Shown: positions 36,590 through 45,586 of the stretch, one piece after another
How positions within the stretch are numbered: position 1 is the first letter of the stretch
Layout: the number at the start of each line of letters is the position of its first letter
From: an uncultured Anaerolinea sp.
GTDB taxonomy: Bacteria; Chloroflexota; Anaerolineae; Anaerolineales; Villigracilaceae
Direction: 5' to 3'
Assembly (NCBI GenBank): GCA_964410375.1
Contig: CAYPHR010000001.1
Coordinates: 1-46,774 of the forward strand
Length of the DNA: 46,774 bases
Position numbers and translations under genes: made by a program
Notes under the pieces: model-generated
Told to the model about the DNA's origin: nothing
The model's database searches: none
The model's input: only the letters and a program-made list of their open reading frames with translations

Positions 36590-37021
36590 TCATAGATCCT
36601 TCTCCATCACAAGCGCGTCCTCTCCGTCATTGTAATACGCCTTCCAGACATCGATAGGCAGGTAACCCGCCTGTTCATACATGGAGATCGCACCGCTATT
36701 GGATGCGCGCACAGTGAGGCGCGCCCGGGGCACGCCAAGCTGACGCTCGCATTGCTCCAGCAGCGCCCGTCCAATACCGCGCCGCTGAAAGCGTGGATCC
36801 ACTGCAATGGTGGCGATCCAGCCCCACCCGTCGCGCGGACGCGGGTCGCCGGCGACGAATCCCACCATTTTTTTGCCCTCCATGGCTTTGAGTCGAATCA
36901 CATCAGGGAAGGTCAGGACGGCGATCAGGTCGAAAAGGGGCCAGGCGTCCTGCGCAAAGGATTCCTTTTCCAGTATGCGGAGCGAGTTGAGGTCCAGAAT
37001 GGATGCTTTTACGATGTCCAT
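36590..37021 (-). CDS. RimI-like GNAT acetyltransferase
   Basis: TIAVDPRFQRRGIG, VRASN..AISMY, YYNDGEDALVM. Confidence 0.85.
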   Translation of the reverse strand: MDIVKASILDLNSLRILEKESFAQDAWPLFDLIAVLTFPDVIRLKAMEGKKMVGFVAGDPRPRDGWGWIATIAVDPRFQRRGIGRALLEQCERQLGVPRARLTVRASNSGAISMYEQAGYLPIDVWKAYYNDGEDALVMEKDL

Positions 37022-37022
37022 A

Positions 37023-37056
37023 AAAATAAGGTCTCTCTGGCGAGAGACCTTATTTT
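37023..37056 (-). terminator. Terminator after the SPFH gene
   Basis: 15-bp perfect stem aaaataaggtctctc / gagagaccttatttt. Confidence 0.7.
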
Positions 37057-37071
37057 ATACCAAATTGATTT

Positions 37072-37971
37072 TTACTTCTTGCCGTCTTTGCCGAGGAAGT
37101 TATCCAACATACTGGTGAATTCCATCGGGAAGATGTACTTGGTGGAGGGGCTCATGCCGATGGTTTTGAGCGTCTCAAAGTACTGGAGGGTCATCGTCTT
37201 TTGATCGACCTTATTGGCGGCAGAATAGATAGACTCGAGCGCCTGTGCAAAGCCTTCCGCGCGGAGCAGTTGCGCCTGGCGTTCGCCTTCGGCGGCGAGA
37301 ATGGATGATTGTTTCAGACCTTCAGCGCGGAGAATGGCGGCTTGCTTTTCACCTTCAGCGACGTTGACCGCCGCTTCACGCGTACCGGTGGATTCGGTCA
37401 CCACGGCGCGGCGGACGCGTTCCGCGGTCATCTGGCGGTTCATCGCATCCTGCACGTCGCGCGGCGGGATGATCTCGCGGATCTCGACGTTGGTCACTTT
37501 CACGCCCCAGCGCTCGGTGACTTCATCGAGGCGGGTGCGGAGCATGGTGTTGATATGCTCGCGCTGGGAGAGCACATCATCCAACGGGATACCACCGATC
37601 ACGGCGCGCAAGGTCGTTGCGGCGATACCGGCGGCGGCGGCTTCAAAGTTGCCCACCTGCAAAACGGACTGGGTCGGGTCGATCAGTTTGAAGTACCACA
37701 GGAAGTCGATCGAGATCGGGGCGTTATCCTTGGTGATGGAGGTCTGCTGTGGAATTTCACGCACCTGCTCGCGCAAGTCCACTTTGACGCCACGGTCAAT
37801 GACTGGGATCAGGAAGATGATTCCAGGTCCGCGCGCGCCGACACAACGACCGAGACGGAACACGACCAAACGCTGGTATTCGGGCACGATGCGAATGGCA
37901 TTGGCTATGAACACAAAACCAACGACAACGATGGCGCCGATCAAACAACTAAGAAAGCCAAAGGTCTCCAT
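37072..37971 (-). CDS. SPFH/stomatin (QmcA-like) protein
   Basis: N-terminal TM, VVFRLG, ITKDN, WGVKVTNVEI, AEGEKQAAILRAEG. Confidence 0.92.
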   Translation of the reverse strand: METFGFLSCLIGAIVVVGFVFIANAIRIVPEYQRLVVFRLGRCVGARGPGIIFLIPVIDRGVKVDLREQVREIPQQTSITKDNAPISIDFLWYFKLIDPTQSVLQVGNFEAAAAGIAATTLRAVIGGIPLDDVLSQREHINTMLRTRLDEVTERWGVKVTNVEIREIIPPRDVQDAMNRQMTAERVRRAVVTESTGTREAAVNVAEGEKQAAILRAEGLKQSSILAAEGERQAQLLRAEGFAQALESIYSAANKVDQKTMTLQYFETLKTIGMSPSTKYIFPMEFTSMLDNFLGKDGKK

Positions 37972-37993
37972 TTATTTTCTCCTATTAATATTG

Positions 37994-38590
37994 TTATGAA
38001 TTGACTTTTTCCACTACGAGGACAAATCCCTCGCGACGAACCACACGGACCGCGCTGCCGGAAGCAATGGATTTATCGCTTTTGGCTGACCACAACTCCC
38101 CGCCGACATACACGCTTCCTTCACTATGCACCCTTGTGCGGGCTTCACCGATCATTCCGACCAGCACATCCATATCATGGGACGGGCGCGCTGCAACCGC
38201 CTGCACCGATTTTCCCACAGCAATCCATAGAAAAGCCGCAAACGAACCTGATGCAACGAAAGCCAACAGCGGGTTGACCGCCGGCCGCCAGCCATCCACC
38301 GAAAACAGGAAGATGGAACCAAGCACCAACAGCAGGATCGAACCGCCCAAATACAATCCGCGGTTCGGTTTGCGGATGGCATAGATGAAAGGCACAACGC
38401 TCAGGACAAGGATTAGAAGCGCCCACCAGTTGAAGGATAAGTAGTAGATTGCATATCCCGCCAGCGCAAGGGCAAAGAACGCCCCGATCTCAAAAAAACC
38501 CGTCCCCGGCGTTACTAGCGACATCATGGCAAGCAGGATCCCCCCCAAAAGGATCAGGTATGCGACGTTCGGATTAAGCAGAATGTCCAT
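37994..38590 (-). CDS. NfeD family protein (TM plus OB-fold)
   Basis: TPGTG, TM helices, G.VYVGGELWSA..V.VV..EG..LVV; upstream of SPFH. Confidence 0.88.
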   Translation of the reverse strand: MDILLNPNVAYLILLGGILLAMMSLVTPGTGFFEIGAFFALALAGYAIYYLSFNWWALLILVLSVVPFIYAIRKPNRGLYLGGSILLLVLGSIFLFSVDGWRPAVNPLLAFVASGSFAAFLWIAVGKSVQAVAARPSHDMDVLVGMIGEARTRVHSEGSVYVGGELWSAKSDKSIASGSAVRVVRREGFVLVVEKVNS

Positions 38591-38727
38591 GGGTCCTCCA
38601 CCTCATTATACAACAAGAAATAAACCGATTTACCTGATATACGTCCGTTGCACACGAAAGTTGCCGCAGGAAACAAACCCACTGGTTGTATAATAACGGA
38701 CGCAAAACAACAACAATTGGAGTGCCA

Positions 38728-40032
38728 GTGAAGTTTCAAAAAATCTGCGTCATCGGGCTGGGCTATATCGGCTTGCCGACAGCCTCCACATTTTCCATGC
38801 AGGGTGTCAGCGTGCTCGGCGTGGACAACAACCCCCGCATCATCGAAACCCTCAACAAGGGCGAGATCCACATCCATGAACCAGGCTTGAGGGAGGCAGT
38901 GGCGGATGCCGTCCAAACGGGCAGGTTCAAAGCCGCCACCCAGCCGGAGGAAGCGGACGCGTTCATCATTGCCGTGCCAACCCCGTTCCAGGAGAACAAG
39001 TTCGGCGAGTACAACGGTATTCAATACAAACTGGCGGACATGCGCGCCGTGATCTCCGCCGCCGAATCCATCTTGCCGGTTTTACGGAAGGGGAATCTCG
39101 TCGTCCTTGAATCGACGTCTCCGCCTCGCACCACCATTGATCTGGTTGCCCCCATCCTGGAGCGTACCGGGCTGAAAGCTGGTTCGGACTTCTTCCTGTG
39201 CTATTCGCCGGAGCGGGTCCTGCCCGGACAGATCCTGCGCGAACTGATCGAGAACGCCCGCGTCATCGGCGGCGTGACGCCCGAATCCGCACAGGCAGGC
39301 GCAGATCTGTACTCCATCTTTGTCAAAGGACAGATCATCCAAACCGACGCCACCACCGCCGAGATGGTCAAGTTGATGGAAAACACCTACCGCGATGTGA
39401 ACATTGCCATTGCGAACGAGTTCTCACGTCTCGCCGACAAATTCGGCGTGGACGTATGGGAGGCGGTTTCGATCGCCAATCTGCACCCCCGCGTGAAAAT
39501 TCTCAACCCCGGACCCGGCGTCGGCGGACATTGCATCAGCGTGGACCCGTGGTTTTTCGTGGAAGCCGCTCCCGACCTGACGCCGCTCATCTACCACTCG
39601 CGCCAGGTCAATGACGGACAGCCACATTTCGTCGTCGAAAAAGTCCGCAACGCGCTTGGCAGTTTGCAGGGAAAAAAGATCGCGGCGCTGGGTCTCGCCT
39701 ACAAACCAGATGTGGATGACCTGCGTGAAAGTCCCGCCACTGAAGTGGTGCATCTGCTACAAAAGCAAGGCGCGCAAATCAAGGCATGGGAACCGTTCAA
39801 GCCGGACGCCAAAATGGACGGCATCACCATGTCCCCCACCCTCGAAGATGCGATTATGGATGCAAACGCACTTTTATTGCTTGTAAAACATACAGAATTC
39901 GCGAAACTCGTCCCCGCCGAAATTGCCCGGAAGACCAATGCCCGCATTGCCGTCGATGCCGTCAACGGCTTCGATGCACATCTTTGGCGGGACGCCGGAT
40001 TCCTAATCACCAAACTGGGCGTGGGAAAATAA
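38728..40032 (+). CDS. wecC: UDP-N-acetyl-D-mannosamine dehydrogenase
   Basis: IGLGYIGLP, AVPTP, LESTSPP, PERVLPG, GVGGHCISVDP; GTG start after ggag. Confidence 0.88.
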   Translation: MKFQKICVIGLGYIGLPTASTFSMQGVSVLGVDNNPRIIETLNKGEIHIHEPGLREAVADAVQTGRFKAATQPEEADAFIIAVPTPFQENKFGEYNGIQYKLADMRAVISAAESILPVLRKGNLVVLESTSPPRTTIDLVAPILERTGLKAGSDFFLCYSPERVLPGQILRELIENARVIGGVTPESAQAGADLYSIFVKGQIIQTDATTAEMVKLMENTYRDVNIAIANEFSRLADKFGVDVWEAVSIANLHPRVKILNPGPGVGGHCISVDPWFFVEAAPDLTPLIYHSRQVNDGQPHFVVEKVRNALGSLQGKKIAALGLAYKPDVDDLRESPATEVVHLLQKQGAQIKAWEPFKPDAKMDGITMSPTLEDAIMDANALLLLVKHTEFAKLVPAEIARKTNARIAVDAVNGFDAHLWRDAGFLITKLGVGK

Positions 40033-40033
40033 G

Positions 40034-40174
40034 CTATCTATTTTCCATTTCTGCGCAGTGTTGAGCGCCACCCGCCACAGCCATCATATTGCATGAAGTC
40101 CGCGCCTCGCAGGCAGCCAGCAGGAAGGCAAATGCAATACACACGATCACCAAACTTTTCGTAATCCGTTTCAT
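40034..40174 (-). CDS. Small putative lipoprotein (46 aa)
   Basis: MKRITKSLVIVCIAFAFLLAA|C lipoprotein signal; ggag SD and TACCAT -10 upstream; fills the wecC-wecB gap without overlap. Confidence 0.6.
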   Translation of the reverse strand: MKRITKSLVIVCIAFAFLLAACEARTSCNMMAVAGGAQHCAEMENR

Positions 40175-40251
40175 GAAATTAATTCTCCCATATACATGGT
40201 AGCGCAAAGTCGCCAAAAAGGAGCATACAACTTTGTTTGTGAGAAAATAGC

Positions 40252-41376
40252 ATGAAAATTCTATCCGTTTTTGGCACCCGCCCCGAAGCCGTAAAAATGG
40301 CTCCCATCGTCAAACTACTGGCAGAAACCGCAGGCGTGGAATCGCGCGTGTGCGTGACGGCTCAGCACCGCCAGATGCTCGACCAGGTGTTGGATCTGTT
40401 CGATGTTAAACCCGAATACGATCTGGACTTGATGCGGGATAACCAATCCTTGGCAGAATTGAGCGCCTCCATCTTCACCCATCTTGATCCTGTCCTTTCA
40501 GAGTTCCAACCCGACTGGGTACTGGCACAGGGGGATACCACCACCGTCGCCATCACCTCCCTGCTGACGTATTTCCGCCGCATCAAATTCGGGCACGTGG
40601 AAGCGGGCTTGCGGACACATGACAAGTGGCAGCCCTTCCCCGAAGAAGTCAACCGCCGCGTTGCAGGCGTCATCGCCGACCTGCATTTCGCGCCGACGGA
40701 ATGGTCGAAGAACAATCTTCTGCGCGAAGGCATTGACGAAGCCATCATCAAAGTGACGGGCAATACGGTCATTGATGCGCTGCAATTCGTGGCAAAACAA
40801 CCCGAGCCGCGGGATGTCTCTGAACTTATAGGGAGATTGCTTCGTCGGGAAAACCACCCTCCTCACGATTACAGAAAACTCATCCTCGTCACTGCCCACC
40901 GCCGCGAGAATTTTGGGGAACCTCTGGAAAATATCTGCCGCGCCCTGCTGGAACTGGCAGACCGCGGAGATGTAGAGATCGTCTACCCAGTGCACTTGAA
41001 CCCGAATGTGCGGGAACCGGTCAATCGCCTGCTGGCGGACAAGGAGCATATCACCCTGCTCCCACCGCTGGATTATCTCCCGCTCGTCCACTTGATGAAG
41101 CACGCCACTCTGATTCTGACAGATTCAGGCGGTATCCAGGAGGAAGCGCCTGCCTTTGGCATTCCCACCCTCGTCCTGCGCGACGTGACCGAACGCCCGG
41201 AGGGAGTGGCGGCAGGGACTCTCAAGCTCGCAGGAACAGATACCAGCCGAATTGTCGAGGAGGCGAAGCGGCTATTGGATGATACATCTGCATATGGAGA
41301 AATGGCTCGGGCGGCAAACCCATATGGCGACGGGCATGCCGCAGAGAAAATTGTCCGGGCTTTACAAGATAGTTAA
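40252..41376 (+). CDS. wecB: UDP-N-acetylglucosamine 2-epimerase (non-hydrolysing)
   Basis: FGTRPEAVKMAP, QGDTTT, HVEAGLRT, HRREN, TDSGGIQEEAP, ERPE. Confidence 0.95.
   Translation: MKILSVFGTRPEAVKMAPIVKLLAETAGVESRVCVTAQHRQMLDQVLDLFDVKPEYDLDLMRDNQSLAELSASIFTHLDPVLSEFQPDWVLAQGDTTTVAITSLLTYFRRIKFGHVEAGLRTHDKWQPFPEEVNRRVAGVIADLHFAPTEWSKNNLLREGIDEAIIKVTGNTVIDALQFVAKQPEPRDVSELIGRLLRRENHPPHDYRKLILVTAHRRENFGEPLENICRALLELADRGDVEIVYPVHLNPNVREPVNRLLADKEHITLLPPLDYLPLVHLMKHATLILTDSGGIQEEAPAFGIPTLVLRDVTERPEGVAAGTLKLAGTDTSRIVEEAKRLLDDTSAYGEMARAANPYGDGHAAEKIVRALQDS
40831..40873 (+). repeat. Decayed REP/RPE half-element embedded in frame within wecB
   Basis: gggagattgcttcg identical to 3366-3379; ctcacgattaca matches ctcgcaatgaca (3390-3401) at 9/12 positions. 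Confidence 0.55.
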
Positions 41377-41562
41377 CTTGAATTGGTACTTTCCCCCATG
41401 TCGCAGTGGGGAAAATGCAGTTTAATAAAGGCTAACACTTCATACATCCATACAACTTCAGATGGTTTTTGTAAACCTGTCATTAATGTAAAGAGATAAC
41501 CAGTTGTAATGTTACAGCGGAGGCTTTCAGAAAATTTCTGAGTATAATGAAAGACAGCCATC

Positions 41563-42507
41563 ATGTTAAAAAGATCAATTGCGCCCATTATTGTCATGCT
41601 TTTCCTGCTCGCTGAGAGTTGGATACCTGTGCACGCGCAAACACAGGAATCTCAGTATTTTAACGAGACGGGACATAATGTTACAGGAGAATTCCTCGCA
41701 TTTTACAGAAAAAACCCAAATGCCACCTTTCTTTACGGGTATCCGATCACGGAAAGTTTTGTCAGCAAGGACGGGAAGCGGGTGCAGTATTTCCAGCGCG
41801 CCCGTTTTGAACTCCGCGGTGACCTGCCAGAGGGACAGCGCATTCAACTAACCCCACTTGGGAAAACAATGTACACATCCACAGGGGCGGTGGCAGTAAA
41901 CAACAATCTCTCATGCCGCGCATATTCGGAAACGGGTTTTTCTATCTGTTTTGCATTTCTTGAATTCTTTGATAAATACGGCGGCACAGCGCAGTTCGGC
42001 TATCCCATTTCCGGGTTCGAATATCACGAAAATAAACTGGTTCAGTATTTCGAGAATGCGCGCTTGGAATGGCAGCCCTGGAGAGCCGAGGGGCAACGCG
42101 TGGTGGTTTCCGACCTAGGGCGCGTATATTTCGATAAACTTCGTGAAGATCCTGCTCTGCTCAACCCCACCAGCCCGATTGGCAACGCTCCTCAAACCAT
42201 TCAAAAATTACAGGTGCGCGCTTTTGCCTGGAAAGCAGTCACCCTTTCATCCGATAATCAGTTGTTCTACGTCATTGTGCAAGACCAGAACAACCAGCCT
42301 GTTTTCAATGCAAATTGCACCGCTACCGTTTACTGGTCCAACGACACCAATAACACGACATCCATTTCCACCAACACCAACGGCGTGGGAATCATTTCTT
42401 TGTCATTCAACAACCAGCCCTACGGCAGTCTGATCTCCACCAATATCACCTGCAACTACAATTCATTGAACGGTTCTACAACAACATCGTTCAGGATCTG
42501 GTACTAA
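41563..42507 (+). CDS. Secreted protein with two YF.ETGH/..GYPI..QYF..AR.E repeats and a beta-rich C-terminal domain
   Basis: Signal peptide ending VHA; duplicated repeat I associate with Chloroflexota surface proteins; Asn/Thr-rich Ig-like tail. Confidence 0.75.
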   Translation: MLKRSIAPIIVMLFLLAESWIPVHAQTQESQYFNETGHNVTGEFLAFYRKNPNATFLYGYPITESFVSKDGKRVQYFQRARFELRGDLPEGQRIQLTPLGKTMYTSTGAVAVNNNLSCRAYSETGFSICFAFLEFFDKYGGTAQFGYPISGFEYHENKLVQYFENARLEWQPWRAEGQRVVVSDLGRVYFDKLREDPALLNPTSPIGNAPQTIQKLQVRAFAWKAVTLSSDNQLFYVIVQDQNNQPVFNANCTATVYWSNDTNNTTSISTNTNGVGIISLSFNNQPYGSLISTNITCNYNSLNGSTTTSFRIWY

Positions 42508-42534
42508 AAAACTCCCGACCACGGGAGTTTTTTA
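42505..42534. terminator. Bidirectional terminator
   Basis: taaaaaactcccg-acca-cgggagtttttta between convergent genes. Confidence 0.85.
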
Positions 42535-43203
42535 TAGCAGTTCTCTCAGATTGAAGACAGGACCATCCCTGCACGTCATCTTCCATTCATGACGGACAGC
42601 CACCGCGCAGACCCCGCATTCAGCAAGCGCGCCGCACGGCATGGATGCGCGGATGAGAATCTGCGCTTCGCACTTTAGCCTCGCTTGATTCCCCTCTCCC
42701 AGCATCTCCCGCAACCGATCCAGACTCGCGCGCGCCGCGTCCAGAGCGGCATAATCCGCCCATTGAAGGATCTCCAGCATGGCTTTCAGCGGCTGGATTT
42801 CGACAATTTCGGGGAGATCAGCCGCTGCCGAATTGCTGACAAGCACAACTTCCGCATTTTGCCTGACCGCCGCCAAGATCAATCCGCGCAGGCGTACAGG
42901 AGAATCGTCAAAGGCGATCAGCGCGATCTTGCGGGCAGATACCGGGACTGCAAATCCACGCCCGATCGGTCCACGCATGGTCAATGATGTGCCGGGACGC
43001 CAATCCACGGGCAGGGGCGGCGCGGAGCGGAACCCGTGCGAGGTGGATTCGGCTGCGAAAACGGAATCAGCCAACGGCGCGGAGGAGGCGTCGGCATGGG
43101 CGAGGAGATACTGCCCGGATGCGGGAGTCAGCTCGGGAGGGCAGGCAATCCGGGCGGAGCCATCCAGAAAGACCTCTTCGACGATACCTTTAGCAATCTT
43201 CAT
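42532..43203 (-). CDS. PyrK-like (dihydroorotate dehydrogenase electron-transfer subunit-like) protein, divergent
   Basis: GQY, RGPIGRGF, C-terminal MPCGALAECGVC..CRDGPVF [2Fe-2S] motif; start MKIAKG at 43203. Confidence 0.72.
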   Translation of the reverse strand: MKIAKGIVEEVFLDGSARIACPPELTPASGQYLLAHADASSAPLADSVFAAESTSHGFRSAPPLPVDWRPGTSLTMRGPIGRGFAVPVSARKIALIAFDDSPVRLRGLILAAVRQNAEVVLVSNSAAADLPEIVEIQPLKAMLEILQWADYAALDAARASLDRLREMLGEGNQARLKCEAQILIRASMPCGALAECGVCAVAVRHEWKMTCRDGPVFNLRELL

Positions 43204-43274
43204 TGGAGAAATGTTAACATGCTTCGATGCCTCCTGCAAGACGGTTATAATCTCCAAAATTACACGGAGGAACC

Positions 43275-44288
43275 ATGAATATCTCAAGTTTACTGCAAGG
43301 AATTGCCTCCTTTGCATGGGTGGGTTTATTTGGCGTGATCGTTGCCATCTTCGTTCGCGCCAGCCGCAACCAGCCCGTGAAGGGATTGACCACAGCTGTG
43401 GTCGTGTTATTGGTGTTTGCCATTTTGCTGACATCGGTGGGTGCCGGGCTGGTGTTCATCGAGCCGGATGAATTAGGCGTGGTGGTGACAGCGGTTGGCG
43501 GAGAGGGGATTCGCCCGGAACCGTTGAATTCCGGTTTGCATTGGGTGATCCCGTTTGTGGAACGTGTGGAACGGTTTTCGATCCTGAACCAAACCTATAC
43601 AATGGCTTCCGCGGCGGACGAAGGGGCATCCATGTCGGAGGATTCGATCCAGGTACGCACGAAGGACGGTCAGCAGGTGTATGTAGATGCATCTGTAATT
43701 TATGCCATAGACCCGATGAAATCGATTGATTTGTACCGCACATGGCGTTTTACCTATCAAGATGGGTTTGTACGCCCGCAAGCGCGCGGTATCATCCGTG
43801 ATGCGGCTTCACAATACGGCGTGGAGGAGATCGTGAGTTCCAAGCGCGCGGAAATGCAGGCGATCATCACGGAACGCCTGAGCGAAGTATTCGCCGACAA
43901 TAATCTTGTATTGAGGGATTTCGTGCTGCGCAACATCCGCTTTAGCGAAGAATACGCGGCGGCGGTGGAGCAAAAACAGATCGCTGAACAGCAGGCGGAA
44001 CAGGCTCGTTTTGTGGTCGAATCAAAGAAGCAGGAAGCCGAACAAGCCCGCCAGATCGCACAGGGTCAGGCGGATGCGGCAGTGATCGCGGCGCAGGGCG
44101 CGGCAGAAGCACGCCTCATCGAAGCGCAAGCCGAAGCGGAAGCCAACCGCCTGCTGGCGGAATCCCTGACCTTCGAATTGATCCAGTATCAATACATTTT
44201 GAAACTCGCCCCCGGCGTGCAAACGATCTTCATTCCAAGCGGCAACCAGTTCATTTTGCCGTTACCGAACACGACACTTCCCGAATAA
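43275..44288 (+). CDS. SPFH/prohibitin family protein
   Basis: Two TM segments, GLHWVIPF, RTKDG, VLRNI.F, AVEQKQIAEQ coiled coil. Confidence 0.9.
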   Translation: MNISSLLQGIASFAWVGLFGVIVAIFVRASRNQPVKGLTTAVVVLLVFAILLTSVGAGLVFIEPDELGVVVTAVGGEGIRPEPLNSGLHWVIPFVERVERFSILNQTYTMASAADEGASMSEDSIQVRTKDGQQVYVDASVIYAIDPMKSIDLYRTWRFTYQDGFVRPQARGIIRDAASQYGVEEIVSSKRAEMQAIITERLSEVFADNNLVLRDFVLRNIRFSEEYAAAVEQKQIAEQQAEQARFVVESKKQEAEQARQIAQGQADAAVIAAQGAAEARLIEAQAEAEANRLLAESLTFELIQYQYILKLAPGVQTIFIPSGNQFILPLPNTTLPE

Positions 44289-44294
44289 TTTTCA

Positions 44295-44323
44295 GTGACA
44301 GCCGCTTTTGAAGCGGCTGTCAC
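44295..44323. repeat. Palindrome (REP-like/terminator) between prohibitin and selD
   Basis: gtgacagccgctt-ttg-aagcggctgtcac. Confidence 0.55.
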
Positions 44324-44337
44324 CACTCTTGAAAACC

Positions 44338-45396
44338 ATGCCCATCCCAAAAACTGGACGCGAAATCCGCCTGACGACTCTTTCCGCCTGCGCGGGTTGA
44401 GCGTCCAAATTAGACGCTGACGCGTTGACGCAGGTTCTGCGTCCCATCAAAGACATCTTCGATCCCGCTTCCTACCCGGACCTGTTGGTTGGTCTGACGT
44501 CCCCGGATGACGCGGCTGTCTGGCGTTTAAGCGACGAGCAAGCCATCGTCATCACCACGGATTTCTTTACCCCCGTGGTGGACACACCCTACGAATACGG
44601 TTCCATTGCGGCGGCAAACAGCCTCTCAGATGTGTATGCGATGGGCGGCAAGCCCTTCCTTGCGCTGAATATCGCGGCATTACCCGATAACCTACCCGCG
44701 GAAATCTCAAGCGAAATCCTACGGGGCGGGGCGGAAAAGGCACGCGAGGCAGGTGTGGTTGTCGCGGGCGGACACACGGTCAAAGACAAGGAGCCGAAGT
44801 ACGGACTAGTCGTGATTGGTTTCGTCCATCCGCAGAAAATCATCAGCAAAAGCGGTCTAAAAGCGGGCGACGTGCTGATCCTTACCAAACCGCTGGGCGG
44901 CGGCGTGACAACCACTGCCCTAAAGCAGGAAAAAGCGGAAGAGACACATGTGGCTGAAGCCATCGAATGGATGCAGCGCCTGAACAAATCTGCGGGTGAA
45001 TTGGCAGTTGAGTTTGGCGCGCGCGGCGGCACGGACATTACCGGCTTCGGCTTTCTCGGTCATGCCATGGAGATGGCGGAGGCTTCCAACGTTTCCCTGC
45101 AAATCGACTTTGCAAAACTGCCCTTCCTGGGCGGCGCGCTCGGATATGCCGAGCAAGGCATCTTTCCGGGCGGCGCGTTTGACAACAAAAAATATTTTGA
45201 AGCCGCTGTGGCCTTTGCAGAAACGCTGGATGAGCCGTCACAGATGCTGTTGTTCGATCCGCAGACCAGCGGAGGATTGCTGTTCGGTCTGGAGCGGGAG
45301 AAGCTGTCGGCGTTTGAAGAGGCTGCGAGAAAACAGAACCAGCCATTTTGGGTGGTTGGTGAGGCGCGCGAGGGGACGGGCATCAAGGTCCGGTAG
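44338..45396 (+). CDS. selD: Selenide, water dikinase (selenophosphate synthetase), selenocysteine-containing
   Basis: ATG 44338 reads MPIPKTGREIRLTTLSACAG-TGA(44398)-ASKLDADALTQ in frame with the 44425 ORF; DDAAV, DFFTP, NSLSDVYAMGG, GGHT, DITGFG, DPQTSGGL. Confidence 0.92.
44401..44443 (+). promoter_or_regulatory. Candidate bacterial SECIS element
   Basis: Stem gacgcag-gtt-ctgcgtc (44427-44443) with a G-starting loop about 33 nt after the UGA; alternative small stem gcgtc/gacgc immediately after the UGA. Confidence 0.55.
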
Positions 45397-45398
45397 AA

Positions 45399-45545
45399 AT
45401 GTTCCGCATTGGAATCATCGAACTCGGCATCACGTGCGGCTTGATCGTGCTGGCGATCCTCATTCCCATTATCATCACCCGCGGGTATGCCAGCCTGAAT
45501 CGACGGCTGAAAGATATAGAGAGCAAAATTGCGAAAAAACAGTAA
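45399..45545 (+). CDS. Small single-pass membrane protein (48 aa) MFRIGIIELGITCGLIVLAILIPIIITRGYASLNRRLKDIESKIAKKQ
   Basis: Starts 2 nt after the selD stop; one TM helix plus a basic amphipathic tail; hand-translated. Confidence 0.6.
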   Translation: MFRIGIIELGITCGLIVLAILIPIIITRGYASLNRRLKDIESKIAKKQ

Positions 45546-45586
45546 CTTTCAGGTACAATAAGGATGAGAAATTTGCACTAACCATC

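Noticed and set aside
41377-41562. AT-rich spacer with tgtaa/tgtca repeats and a tgtaatgttaca palindrome as a response-regulator site or riboswitch
   Set aside because: Spacing is irregular and matches no box I can name; probably a promoter region but not specifically assignable
44398-44400. selD as a nonsense pseudogene, or starting at TTG 44425
   Set aside because: The TGA sits exactly at the catalytic Cys/Sec position with conserved flanks, so Sec recoding is more parsimonious
45399-45545. Calling the small membrane ORF tatA
   Set aside because: It lacks the conserved FG hinge and KLP amphipathic start, and no tatC is nearby
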